Below are positions 1-16,372 of a stretch of DNA of 22,467 nucleotides, piece by piece. The stretch lies in assembly GCA_002269645.1 (NCBI GenBank), contig NIVC01005193.1:1-22467 (forward strand), written 5' to 3'. The position numbers and the translations under genes are program-made. The DNA comes from Macrostomum lignano (lineage: Eukaryota). A model generated the notes under the pieces. It saw only the letters and a list, made by a program, of their open reading frames with translations. It did no database searches and had not been told where the DNA came from. How positions within the stretch are numbered: the stretch's first letter is position 1; each line of letters starts with the position of its first letter.

Positions 1-129
1 AGACAAAACACCGGATTTGAGGTGGCCACGAAGACAAATGCTCAAAATATGAAGCCTGACGGCTGATGAAGCGGAGGTCGAAAAAAGGAGGAAGCGGCGG
101 ACGCCTCAGGTGTCCCAGCTAGCTCAGCC

Positions 130-720
130 GTTTTCAATGGATGAGGCGGAGAGAGCGGGAGAGGCAGAGCCAGGGGAAAGCGAGAGTTGAAACTCGACCC
201 AGGCAAATAGACGGCAGGGCTCAGCGCCCGCGCAGGCACGCCCCGCGGTCCGCTCCCAGCCTCTCTGCATGCTGCTTCATCGCCTTCTTATCCTTGGGTT
301 TTGATTTTTTACCGACGCGGCCGCGCTGAAACGACCGTTGTTACCCCATCCCCTCCCTCTGTCACTGGACACCCCTTCCCCACCGCTCCTGTCGCACGGG
401 AGCTAATTAAGAAAGACGAAATCTTTTTTTCGGCAAGGCGGGGGATTTATTGCTCACCGGGTGGCGCCGCGGCTGACAGGCCGACTCCGCAATTCGAGGC
501 CGCAGTCCGGGGACAATCCACTTGAACGCGCATTGCCAGGATTCTTGATGAAGCTGAGATGCTGCTCAGCCGGTCACTTGAGTCCTGCCTGTGCAACAGC
601 CAGACGGCCGAGACTTTGCGACTGATTTATATCCCTCTTAATGGGGGATTTGGAAGCCGAGGTTATTGGTGGGATTCGGACGAGCCAATGGGAAAGCTGA
701 TGGCGCTGCAAATGTTTTAG
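130..720 (+). mobile_element. Possible decayed non-LTR retrotransposon RT fragment (CRE-like)
   Basis: Frame 1 reads ...ELKLDPGK*...VTGHPFPTAPVARELIKK...AAVRGQST*TRIARILDEAEMLLSRSLESCL...LIYIPLNGGFG. The motif order and spacing loosely resemble GLxLNxxK, LGxPiG...kk, llR, fD...le.il and LP...GGLG. It contains several stops, and this is pattern recall rather than an alignment. Confidence 0.2.
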
Positions 721-892
721 CTGAGCGCTGTGCTGGGCTGAGCTCCTGTAGACGGTTGCTGATTCTGAAGAAATTTATCGGAGGCAAGCAGAAACAGTGC
801 CTTAGTCTCAACAGATGAAGCAGTTTAAATCTTTGTTGTATTGGAGAGAAAGTTCTTGCTCATTAGTGATTGTTAGCAGGAGAGTTGCACTA

Positions 893-1243
893 CGAGAGGG
901 AATTGCAATCCGAGGGGGAATTGCACCCGAGAGGGAATTGCAAACCGAGAGGGGAATTGCAATCCGAGAGGGGAATTGCACTCCGATAGGGGAATTGCAC
1001 TCCGAGAAAGTAATGTTCACCAAGAGGGGAGTCGCACACCACAAGAGGGGAATTGCACATCACAAGAGGGGAATTGCACACCGCGAGAGGGAATTTTACA
1101 CCAAGAAGGGAATTGCACACCGCGAGAGGGGAATTTTACACCAAGAAGGGAATTGCACACCGCGAGAGGGGAATTTTACACCAAGAAGGGAATTGCACAC
1201 CTAGAGGATAATTGAACACCAAGAGGGGAATTGCATGCCGAGA
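893..1243. repeat. Degenerate minisatellite, 18-20 bp monomer (core GAGGGGAATTGCA), forming a 39-40 bp dimer around 1080-1200
   Basis: Repeated GGGAATTGCA/GGGAATTTTA units are directly visible. Confidence 0.85.
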
Positions 1244-1946
1244 AGGGAACACTCACCAAGATACCCTTGCCATCATGGCGGATGCACCGCGACCCGAAAT
1301 CAGCTGTGTCGACACTGGGCAACCTATCGAAATTCTTCGACACATCGTCCTTGATGCTCCAGAGAGACTACAGAGCGCGCGGATTTGTTTATTCCTGTGG
1401 CCTCACTGGGTGCTGCGGACTGCTCTTTCGACCAAACATGGGTCGACACCAACTAGATCTCGGCGATCTCGTGATGCTGTCATCAACCGTCGAGAAAAGA
1501 CATTTTATACCTGATAGAGTTTTTTGCTGATGGAAACGCGACGGAATTCTCACGAGATCAACAAGCAGTTACTTCAGCGGAATTATGCTTCTGACTGAAT
1601 TACTCGTAATTAGTGTATTTATTTGATACGAACTAGCTACCGATTGTAAAATATCAGCTTCGAAATTTGAGTACTTATTTGGAGCCCCCAAGTTCTCGGC
1701 GGGGCAATATAATGAATTGAGTTGAACTGCCATAAAATGAAGCTCTACTGTGACTGCCGGCTTCCTAACTGATCGCAATGATTTTATGCAGCTCCGAGGG
1801 GGAGGCGGATGAAGACATTCAATGCCCCGTCTTTCAATTCTTGTTTTACGTCTGCAAAAGATGTCAGACTTCTTAACCGCAAATATAAAAGTGCATTTTT
1901 GAACACTACAGATTGCATTTTAAACTTTTGATAGCCCTACCAAATC

Positions 1947-2838
1947 ACTCTCAGCCCCATGCCACACACACTCTCAGCCCCATGCCACACACTCTCAGCC
2001 CATGCCACACACTCTCAGCCCCATGCCACACTCTCAGCCCCATGCCACACTCTCAGCCCCATGCCACACTCTCAGCCCCATGCCACACACTCTCAGCCTC
2101 ATGCCACACTCTCAGCCCCATGCCACACACTCTCAGCCCCATGCCACACTCTCTCAGCCCCATGCCACACTCTCAGCCCCATGCCACACACTCTCAGCCC
2201 CATGCCACACTCTCAGCCCCATGCCACACTCTCAGCCCCATGCCACACTCTCAGCCCCATGCCACACTCTCAGCCCCATGCCACACACTCTCAGCCTCAT
2301 GCCACACTCTCAGTCCCATGCCACACACTCTCAGCCTCATGCCACACTCTCAGCCCCATGCCACACACTCTCAGCCTCATGCCACACTCTCAGCCCCATG
2401 CCACACACTCTCAGCCTCATGCACACTCTCAGTCCCATGCCACACACACTCTCAGCCCCATGCCACACACTCAGCCCCATGCCACACTCTCTCAGCCCCA
2501 TGCCACACTCTCAGTCCCATGCCACACACTCTCAGCCCCATGCCACACACTCTCAGCCCCATGCCACACTCTCAGCCCCATGCCACACTCTCAGCCCCAT
2601 GCCACACACTCTCAGCCCCATGCCACACTCTCAGCCCCATGCCACACTCTCAGCCCCATGCCACACACTCTCAGCCCCATGCCACACTCTCAGCCCATGC
2701 CACACTCTCAGCCCCATGCCACACACTCTCAGCCCCATGCCACACTCTCAGCCCCATGCCACACACTCAGCCCCATGCCACACACTCTCAGCCCCATGCC
2801 ACACTCTCAGCCCCATGCCACACTCTCAGCCCATGCCA
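1947..2838. repeat. Minisatellite, 19 bp unit CTCTCAGCCCCATGCCACA with +CA length variants (21/23 bp)
   Basis: About 890 bp of near-identical units; source of ORFs 1913..2926, 1959..2909 and 2002..2853. Confidence 0.97.
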
Positions 2839-3293
2839 AACATGGCAAGGTAAAAGAAAAGACAAAAGAACATTGCCAGATGCATGCAAGGCGGTACATT
2901 TTGCTTTAATTTTCAGCCTATTGTAAACCAAGCACTTTTCGTTTCGTTTTTAATTTATAGAACAATAAAAAAATTGAGAATTTCAAAATAGCCGAATAGC
3001 TCAAAAGGTGTGAAAACTGCAAAATCGAAGTTTGCATTAGATAGAAAAGAAAAGTGAATTGTTTTTTCATTCGGTTGCTGGATAAGGACAGCTGGAGTTT
3101 TGCATAGGATGAGTTTTTAAAGAAACAATCTGAGCAGAAATGAAAAGCTAATCGATGGCTTCAGAGAAGTTCATTATTATTGGCCAGCTGATTGGGTTGG
3201 CTTGCGCCTGGGGTATCCCAGTGTTGATGCTATTTTTAGCTATTTATAAATTGACGGTGTCCTTATTGGCTAGAAAAAAATGGTGAGCACATG

Positions 3294-3375
3294 GGAATTC
3301 CTACTGAAGCTATTAATAGAAACAAAACCCGCCACAGGAATCCCTACTGAAGCTATTAATAGCAACAAAATCCGT
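3294..3375. repeat. Two-copy 43 bp tandem duplication
   Basis: CCTACTGAAGCTATTAATAG(A/C)AACAAAA at 3300 and 3343. Confidence 0.85.
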
Positions 3376-3588
3376 AACGGCAAAGCCTTGGCTTTAGTTT
3401 AAAAAACAGCAGCACCACCTGAAAACGACGATATCAATAAATAGTAAGGAAAATAGTTTTTTGCATAATTAATAAACAATTTTGCGAGCGAACCGGGAAT
3501 AACTTATAGTAATAATATTAAAATTTGAGTGCAATAGAAAACACGTATTGGAATCGGGTGCCAAAAATTCTTGGTTAAATTTGCCATT

Positions 3589-3594
3589 TTTATT
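3589..3594 (-). terminator. Candidate polyadenylation signal (AATAAA) for the prosaposin gene
   Basis: Plus-strand TTTATT, about 57 nt downstream of the TAA at 3651. Confidence 0.4.
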
Positions 3595-3650
3595 GAGTTC
3601 AATGTTGAATATCTGCGACAAAATTATTTATCAAATTCCATGACAAATCC

Positions 3651-3758
3651 TTAAATCAGTGGCTCCTCACGCCGGCGCATCTCAACCATGTCGTTGGCGC
3701 GGTAGCGCAGGCTGGCGCGGAAAGCGGCAGCCGACGACTTCGGGCACAGGCCGATGGT
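3651..3758 (-). CDS. PSAP: Prosaposin exon 6 (TIGLC...MRRREEPLI*)
   Basis: Acceptor CCATTCTAG|ACC supplies the last SapB Cys at canonical spacing. TAA at 3653-3651, AATAAA at 3594-3589. An alternative internal donor exists at 3670 (see findings). Confidence 0.7.
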   Translation of the reverse strand, partial: TIGLCPKSSAAAFRASLRYRANDMVEMRRREEPLI

Positions 3759-6700
3759 CTAGAATGGCCGGAGAAGGCTTAGGCTTGAATAAACAGCGCA
3801 GCGATTTGCTTTCCGTGTTATAAGTTGGAGAGTTGAGGGGCAGGAAGGGACGGGAGTGAGGTGGGTGACTGGCTGGAGAGCTGAGGGGCAGGAAGGGACG
3901 GGAGTGAGGTGGGTGACTGGCTGGAGAGCTGAGGGGCAGGAAGGGACGGGAGTGAGGTGGGTGACTGGCTGGAGAGCTGAGGGGCAGGAAGGGACGGGAG
4001 TGAGGTGGGTGACTGGCTGGAGAGCTGAGGGGCAGGAAGGGACGGGAGTGAGGTGGGTGACTGGCTGGAGAGCTGAGGGGCAGGAAGGGACGGGAGTGAG
4101 GTGGGTGACTGGCTGGAGAGCTGAGGGGCAGGAAGGGACGGGAGTGAGGTGGGTGACTGGCTGGAGAGCTGAGGGGCAGGAAGGGACGGGAGTGAGCAGG
4201 GCAGGATGAGGGGCAGGAAGGGACGGGAGTGAGCAGGGCAGGATGAGGGGCAGCAGGGACGGGAGTGAGCAGCGAGGCTAACTGAGACGAACACACAAAC
4301 CGCAGCGCACCTGGCAGATCTGTTTCGGATCAACGTCCTGCATGAGCAGCTGGATGATGTAGGGCGTGTACTGCTCGATGAAGGAGCGGCAGGCCGATTG
4401 CTCCTGTGTTGGCATGAAGTTGCACACCTTCTCCAGCACGTCCATCACCTCCTTCTCGGTGGCATTTTCCTTCAGCAGCGACTTCACGTAGAGAATGACA
4501 GTCTGGCAGATGTCACAGCCGGTGGTCGAGGCGAGCACGGTGGAGGAACTGAGCAGACGCTCAGAGTCGCCGGCGCAGAGGCCCATGACGCTGCAGACCA
4601 TGGCCGGGTTGAGGTCCTGACTGAGCAGCTGCAGCACGATCGGGGTGTACTGCCGCACCCAGGCGTCGCAGTCGGTTCTAAGGGTCTGCGGCATGATGGA
4701 GCAGACAGACTCCAGCGCGGACTGGATGGCCTCCTCGGTGCGGTTGCTGCCCAGCATCTGGTCCAGCTCCCGGATGATGTACTCGCACAGCACGCACTGC
4801 GGCCCGATGCGGGCGCGCCTCGGGGCGGCGGTACTGTCGGTTTTGCCGCAGGCGCCCAACGCCTGGCAGACGGTGTTAGGATCGAGCTCAGAGGCCAGCA
4901 GCTGGAAGATAATTGGCCCGTACTCGGTGACCGCCCTGATGCACTGGAAGGCAGCAGAAGAAATTTTAGGATCTGATATAATCAAGGAGATCTTCGCCGT
5001 AAATCTAGCATTGAAACCATCGATTCCGAGGATTGGAAACAAATACTGTGCGATCGCTACTTGTAGTAGCAAAATTGACTATTTACGCTCGTAATATTTT
5101 TTATAATTGATAATTTTATTACAACTGCGATTCGGTATCATTTAAGAGCTGAAATTTGGTGCCATTCTAAGGTGAAATTAGGCATAACTTAGAGGCGAAA
5201 TTATGGATCATTTAGAGGTGAAATTAGATATAATTCAGAGCTGAGATTCGGGATCAATCAGAGCAGAGATTCGGGATCAATCAGAGCAGAGATTCGGGAT
5301 CATTCAGAGCTGAGATTCGAGATCATTCAGAGCAGAGATTCGGGATCATTCAGAGCTGAGATTCGGGATCAATCAGAGCAGAGATTCGGATCAATCAGAG
5401 CAGAGATTCGGGATCATTCAGAGCTGAGATTCGGGATCATTCAGAGCCGATATTCTGAACTCCGAGTCGCTCACCTTGTCCTTCTCGGCGGGCACGAGAT
5501 TGCAGACGCGGTTCTTGACGAATTCGATGATCTCCTCCTGAGTCCGATTGTCGCGGATCATCTGCCGCGCCTCGGACACGAGCATCTCGCACACCTGGCA
5601 TTCGACGTCCTTCAGCGGCTTCTGGGCGGTGCGCTTGATGAATTAGAAAATTAAATTTTGTAAATAAATATTTTAGTATATATTATATCGTTGATTTAAC
5701 AAACTGATGCTAATTATTAAACCTCGCTAGTTCTGGCAACCAGGGCTCACAAGTCAAGTGGGTAATGTTTATGCTATCAGCACTGACCTGGAGCAGCATC
5801 AGCTGCATCAACGGATGAGGCTGCAGTTTTCCGTTGGCGGCGGCTGCTGACTGACAAAATTTGATGCGAGTGCAAATCTGCTTCGGCTCCTGGTCAGGTG
5901 AGAGTGGAGATGAAACTGCAGATTAGTTATTTATTTACTGCGTGGCAATAAACAGAGCTTTGCGAAAATGGTCAGCATCACCGATATTCGAAATAGCGTT
6001 TATCATCAGCCCGTGATAGTCTCTCTGGGTTGAAAATCAAGCACCTGTCGCCATCTTTTTAAAAGCCTTACAAACCTTGAAACCTCATTTAGCTACCAGA
6101 GGCCTCACAAACTTCATCTAGCTACCAGAGGCCTCACAAACTTCATCTAGCTACCAGAGGCCTCACAAACTTCATCTAGCTAATAAAGGCCTCACAAACT
6201 TCATCTAGCCACCAGAGGTCTCACAAACTTCATCTAGCTAATAAAGGCCTCACAAACTTCATCTAGCCACCAGAGGCCTCACAAACTTCATCTAGCTACC
6301 AGAGGCCTCACAAACTTCATCTAGCTACCAGAGGCCTCACAAACCTCATCTAGCTACCAGAGGCCTCACAAACTTCATCTAGCTACCAGAGGCCTCACAA
6401 ACTTCATCTAGCTACCAGAGGCCTCACAAACTTGACATCTAGCTACCAGAGGCCTCACAAACTTGACATCTAGCTACCAGAGGCCTCACAAACTTGACAT
6501 CTAGCTACCAGAGACCTCACAAACTTGACATCTAGCTACCAGAGGCCTCACAAACTTGACATCTAGCTACCAGAGGCCTCACAAACTTCATCTAGCTATC
6601 AGAGGCCTCACAAACTTGACATCTAGCTACCAGAGGCCTCACAAACTTGACGTCTACTCGTAGCTACTAGAGGCCTCACAAACTTCATCCAGCTAGCAGA

Positions 6701-8635
6701 GGCCTCACAAACTTGACATCTAGCTACCAGAGGCCTCACAAACTTCATCTAGCTACCAGAGGCCTCACAAACTATGTCTAGCTACCAGAGGCCTCACAAA
6801 CTTCATCTAGCTATCAGAGGCCTCACAAACTCGACATCTAGCTACCAGAGTCTTTTGATACCAAATTGCCTTTAACCGTCACTTTTATATAGCGCAAATC
6901 TTCCACCAATCGTTCGAACTCACAATTTTGGCGGCCAGCGAGCGCATCACCTCAGGCAGGTAGGTGTCAACCCACATGTTGCACAGAGACTGCGAGCCGC
7001 CCAGCCGGGCACAAACTTCCGTCTTCATCGCCTGGGCAACCTCCGCAATGGTGGACTGTCGCTGGGCCGCCTGCTTCACGGCGCCCACCAGTTCAACGCA
7101 GAGGTCGCAGAATTCGCCGCTGAGGCGGGTGGCAGACGCGGCCAGGTTGGGTCGACGAGCCGGGGCTCCGGGCACGACGGGCTCGCCGCGCAGCAGCAGC
7201 GGAGTCTCAGCGGCAGCGGCAGCGGCTGTCAGCCGAGGATCCCGACGGCCGGTACCGCACAGGCTGAGTGCCGGGCAGAGCCGGTCGGCTGGCAGGCCGT
7301 CGCGGAACAGGGCAACGATCTCCGGCATGTAGGTGCTGACAATGGCCAAGCAGATGGAGCGGTGGCGCGGCTCTGGCACAAGGCCGCAGGCGGAGGCGGC
7401 CAGACGCTGCGTCTCGGCTGGCGAGGCGGTCCGGTTGCTCAGCGTCAGGCGCTGCAGATCGCTGGCCAGCAGGCGGCAGAAGCCGCAGTCTCCATTGGCG
7501 TCAGACAGGCTGCCACTGCCGCCTCGCTGGCCACTGGATGGGGCGGCAGCTGTGCGCCAAATGCGGCCGCAGTAACCAACAGAGCTGCATTCTTTCACAG
7601 TGCCCAGGTGGGTGCACCAGTAGCTGGGGCCCCAGGTGCACCGGTTTTGGCCTAGGAGGATTGCTAAATTTAAAAGGATAGAAAAAAGAGGAGAGTGAGA
7701 ATTAGTAGTGAAATTGACACTTGAAAGTTGGCATTTGATGCATTTGTACCATATAGAACCTTGATTTGTATTTTTAAAACCAATTCTAAATAATACTACA
7801 AATTTAGTGATTTTTTAAGATTTCAAGGCTTATGGGACATTGCTAAGATGTCAAGGGGGTTGATATGCTAAGGCTTGTGGGGGGATTTTCTAACATGTCA
7901 AGGCTTACAATGTATAATGCAAAGAGACGCTTACATGTAGTTTATTAAAAAAAAACTTGTACTGCATTTTTTTGGCTCCCCAACAGGCGCTGATTGCTAG
8001 TATGCTACTAATCATATAATTTATTCTTATTATTTGCACATGACCAAGATGGCCACATACCATGATGGCCACAGCTCTAAATGTCTAAATAGATAATTAT
8101 AAGCCTTGGTCTATATATTTCATTTATTTCCTATTGGTAGTAATTTGTATTAGATATAGATCAAAAAGTCTTAGAGAGATAGATGCTATTATAATAAAAT
8201 TATTACATTATAAATATTCCCTTTGGCTTAAGCTTTTATTGTAGCCTGATCTATAGATATTTATCCATTAAATAAAGCAAGTAGCCTAGGCTTTAGGCCC
8301 TAGCACAAAATAATAATTGTTGCATATTGATTACATTTTTGCAAAGGCCCCTAGCATTTTTTATGAATATGATTGATTAAACATGATTAATATAATAATT
8401 ACCATTAGGTTGCAAATTATAAATAGGCCCTAGTATATAGAGAGTAAATATAATAATAGAGATTCAATTTTGCAGTCATCTTGGTATGTGGCCATCTTGG
8501 CCTTAAACCAATAATGGTAATGATCAACGATCAACAGCACACATCAAGTTTTGAGAATTTGAAAAATTAGTAAAAATTACCTGCTGTTGACTCCACAGCG
8601 AGTATCAAAAGACCTAATGAGAACAACACTCGCAT
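3651..8635 (-). CDS. PSAP: Prosaposin-like multi-saposin precursor, complement(join(3651..3758,4311..4943,5475..5633,5788..5889,6924..7651,8581..8635)); 1785 nt, 594 aa; last exon end uncertain
   Basis: Exons assembled by hand; all introns are GT-AG and the phases are compatible. Product: signal peptide MRVLFSLGLLILAVESTAG, then SapA motif CTWGPSYWC..C..VGYC...W, then five six-Cys saposin-B domains. Domains split across introns rejoin correctly (LAAKI|EPKQICTRIKFC, EKDK|CIRAVTEYGP, PKQICQ|TIGLC). Confidence 0.9.
3827..4272. repeat. G-rich minisatellite, 48 bp x7 plus two 36-37 bp variants, in prosaposin intron 5
   Basis: Unit GGAGAGCTGAGGGGCAGGAAGGGACGGGAGTGAGGTGGGTGACTGGCT; gives the 16-aa periodicity of ORF 3856..4209. 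Confidence 0.97.
4311..4943 (-). CDS. PSAP: Prosaposin exon 5 (end of SapB-3, SapB-4, most of SapB-5)
   Basis: Acceptor CCTTCCAG|TGC, donor CAG|GTGCGC; 211 codons inside ORF 4278..5072. Confidence 0.9.
5146..5458. repeat. 23 bp minisatellite (GAGATTCGGGATCA(A/T)TCAGAGC(A/T)) in prosaposin intron 4, with four degenerate in-phase copies on the left
   Basis: GAAATT/GAGATT starts at 5151, 5174, 5197, 5220 and 5243, a period of 23. Confidence 0.92.
5475..5633 (-). CDS. PSAP: Prosaposin exon 4 (first half of SapB-3)
   Basis: Encodes RTAQKPLKDVECQVCEMLV...NRT...VCNLVPAEKDK; acceptor CATCAAG|CGC, donor AAG|GTGAGC. Confidence 0.85.
5788..5889 (-). CDS. PSAP: Prosaposin exon 3 (end of SapB-2 and linker)
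   Basis: Acceptor CTGACCAG|GAG, donor CAG|GTCAGT; 34 codons EPKQICTRIKFC...LLQ; missed by the ORF track. Confidence 0.85.
6065..6850. repeat. 29/31 bp minisatellite (CTAGCTACCAGAGGCCTCACAAACTT[GA]CAT) in prosaposin intron 2
   Basis: Roughly 26 tandem units are directly visible. Confidence 0.96.
6924..7651 (-). CDS. PSAP: Prosaposin exon 2 (SapA, SapB-1, most of SapB-2)
   Basis: Acceptor CTCCTAG|GC, donor ATT|GTGAGT; 728 nt; overlaps ORF 6885..7598. Confidence 0.9.
8044..8500. mobile_element. Candidate MITE with 19 bp perfect terminal inverted repeats in prosaposin intron 1
   Basis: CCAAGATGGCCACATACCA at 8044-8062 and its exact reverse complement at 8482-8500; AT-rich non-coding interior; no clear target-site duplication. 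Confidence 0.5.
8581..8635 (-). CDS. PSAP: Prosaposin exon 1 (signal peptide)
   Basis: ATG at 8635; encodes MRVLFSLGLLILAVESTA+G; donor CAG|GTAATT, phase 1, matching the exon 2 acceptor. Confidence 0.8.
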
Positions 8636-9640
8636 TGCAAACAAAAGAAGTTGAAGTTTTCACAGATAAAATGTTAATGCAATTGAATAACCTGGTGGTG
8701 AAATAGAAATTAAAGTGTAAAAATTCCACTTTTACGAACAATTTAAAGTGGGTGATAGGTAACAGAATTGTCACGTGATAAAATATGTTAACATATGAAA
8801 CTTGTAGTTTTTAATTGAATAGTTGTAGTCGAATAATTTGACTATTCCTTCACTAAATACCGTTTTCGAACTTAGATTTAGGAATATTCGAAGAGAATTT
8901 GTTGTACTCTTAAAAATGCAAAATCAAAACCGTCGACATTATAAATACTTAATTGCTCTTGTACATGTTGATGGATGTAGTAAATAATATGAGAGTCGTT
9001 TAGTATAGTGAATTTTTGTTTTTGTATTCTTTAAATTTTTCTAGGGGGATTAATATAGTATAGCTCAATGATATTTTAAAGCCAAAGAAAACGACACTGC
9101 GGCAAATACTTCCCGTTGCACTTGGAGATGGGAATCGGTCCAAAGGGAGTGGAAAATATGTACTGTGGAAAATGATGACTATTTGTACTGATTCTTTATC
9201 TAGATTACAGCAATGACTTTCAGTTAAGTACACGAGACTTCCACCACAATTCTCCTCGCCTGTTCATGCAGGCCCTTCGACTACTCACCCCCATCTGATC
9301 CCATTCCGGAAAGGCTTGCCACCTCTACTTACCGTTCAGTTTGCATGTTTGACTAGCTTCGATATCTTTTTAACTTTCTTCTTGCTAACATTTCTATCTC
9401 ACTCTCTCCCCAGAAAATCAGGGGGTGATAGAAGAGTGATACGTGTAGACTATGGAAAGGATAGAAAGTATACTGTGGCAGCTCATGAGACTACGGTTAT
9501 TGTCAGTCCATCTGTTTCTCGAGCTGGACTAGCATTCAGCAAAAACGAGTACAGACATCGAGTCTAACAAGCTACATCTGATCAAATTAGCAGAGAGCTA
9601 CCAATAGGGACTATCTGTAGTATAGGGACTATAGGGACAT

Positions 9641-9686
9641 ACAGACAGACAGACATACAGACAGACAGAGACAGACAGACAAACAG

Positions 9687-9730
<44 letters not shown>

Positions 9731-9756
9731 CTAAGACAGACAGGCAGACAGGCAAA
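9641..9756. repeat. (GACA)n microsatellite
   Basis: Direct inspection. Confidence 0.95.
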
Positions 9757-10221
9757 CAAACTCATAATTAAATTATTGCAACAATTACGAGTGCTCGTAA
9801 TATACGAGCTAGCCTGTAGTAGTTGAAAAGCGAAGTACATTTTGAGGCAACTTCTCTCAGTCCCGCCATTATTGATTTTATTTACGCCTAAATTGCAATT
9901 ATCCTACACGCAGAAAACATTCGTCAGCAGTTACGCGTTATTGCAGTCAGAGGAAAAGCGTGCGAATACAGAAGTCCACTGCGAGCTGCAGACTAAAATA
10001 ATAAATGGATAGCAAATTTAAAATATGGCTGGCACATTCGCTGATCGATAGCATTTCGAATAGTTTTCGAGAAAAAGAAAGAAAAAATGTTTTAAATCCG
10101 GTTAATAAATCGAATTTCTAGAAGCTTCTCTAGTGGAAATTTCGCTAAGCTGGAGGAGTGCAGCGAACTGAAAGATTCGATTCCGAGTACATCGAGTAAA
10201 TGAACGAACAGAGGTGCACTG

Positions 10222-11337
10222 GATTGGAATTGTGTCATTGTTGATTGGGGGTGTCATATTTGATTGGGGGTGTCATATTTGATTGGAGGGTGTCATATTT
10301 GATTGGAGGGTGTCATATTTGATTGGAGGGTGTCATATTTGATTGGAGGGTGTCATATTTGATTGGAGGGTGTCATATTTGATTGGAGGGTGTCATATTT
10401 GATTGGAGGGTGTCATATTTGGTTGGAGGGTGTCATTTGATTGGAGGGTGTCATATTTGATTGGAGGGTGTCATATTTGATTGGAGGGTGTCATATTTGA
10501 TTGGAGGGTCTCATATTTGATTGGAGGGTGTCATATTTGATTGTAGGGTGTTAGCTTTGATTGGAGGGTGTCATAATTGTTTGGAGGGTGAGTTTTTTTA
10601 TTAGAGTGTCACTTTTGATTGGAAGGTATCCTATATGATTGGAGGGTGTCATATTTGATTGAAGGGAGTCATACTTGGTTGGAGGGTGTCATATTTTATT
10701 GTAGGGTGTCATATTTGATTGAGGGTGTCATATTTGATTGTAGGGTGTCATATTTGATTGTAGGGTGTCATATTTGATTGGAGGGTGTCATATTTGATTG
10801 GAGGGTGTCATATTTGATTGGAGGGTGTCATATTTGATTGGAGGGTGTCATATTTGGTTGAAGGGAGTCATACTTGGTTGGAGGGTGTCATATTTGATTG
10901 TAGGGTGTCATATTTGATTGGAGGGTGTCATATTTGATTGTAGGGTGTCATATTTGATTGTAGGGTGTCATATTTGATTGGAGGGTGTCATATTTGATTG
11001 GAGGGTGTCATATTTGATTGGGGGGTGTCATATTTGATTGGAGGGTGTCATATTTGATTGGAGGGTGTCATATTTGATTGGAGGGTATCATATTTGATTG
11101 GAGGGTGTCATATTTGATTGAAGGGAGTCATTTTTGGTTGGAGGGTGTTAGCTTTGATTGGAGGGTGTCATATTTGATTGGAGGGTGTCATTGTTGATTG
11201 GGGGGTGTCATATTTGATTGGAGGGAGTCATATTTGGTTGGAGGGTGTCATATTTGATTGGAGGGTGTCATTGTTGATTGGGGGGTGTCATATTTGATTG
11301 GAGGGAGTCATATTTGGTTGGAGGGTGTCATATTTGA
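10222..11337. repeat. 20 bp minisatellite GATTGGAGGGTGTCATATTT, starting about 90 bp downstream of the ORP stop codon
   Basis: About 55 units; variant blocks recur, for example GAAGGGAGTCATACTTGG near 10661 and 10860. Confidence 0.97.
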
Positions 11338-11428
11338 ACCTCATGAGAGCGCAATCTCTTTGTTTAGTTTTATTGCTAGAAATCTACAAGAATTATTCCG
11401 ATCGGTAGCAGAAACCGGCTGACGAGTC

Positions 11429-16372
<4,944 letters not shown>

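Noticed and set aside
1212-1530. ORFs 1212..1514 and 1231..1530 as genes
   Set aside because: They begin inside the minisatellite, overlap in different frames and show no recognisable domain or splice structure.
1913-2926. His/Pro/Ser-rich ORFs in all three plus frames, and similar ORFs at 815-1215, 3682-4333, 18108-18678 and 19552-19989
   Set aside because: They arise from stop-free minisatellite units. Being open in several frames at once, with frame-rotating motifs, argues against coding.
4278-4310. Prosaposin ending at ...QVRCGLCVRLS* by read-through of exon 5
   Set aside because: The Cys spacing is off by one. Splicing at CAG|GTGCGC to TIGLC restores the canonical C-x5-C saposin ending.
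4944-5072. N-terminal 43 aa of ORF 4278..5072 as coding
   Set aside because: It is AT-rich intronic sequence; the saposin domain instead continues from exon 4 through the acceptor at 4944.
4398-7655. Plus-strand ORFs 4398..4976, 4645..5094, 6964..7332, 7333..7575 and 7362..7655, and equivalents over the ORP and TCF19 exons
   Set aside because: They are antisense shadows of GC-rich coding exons with no recognisable domains.
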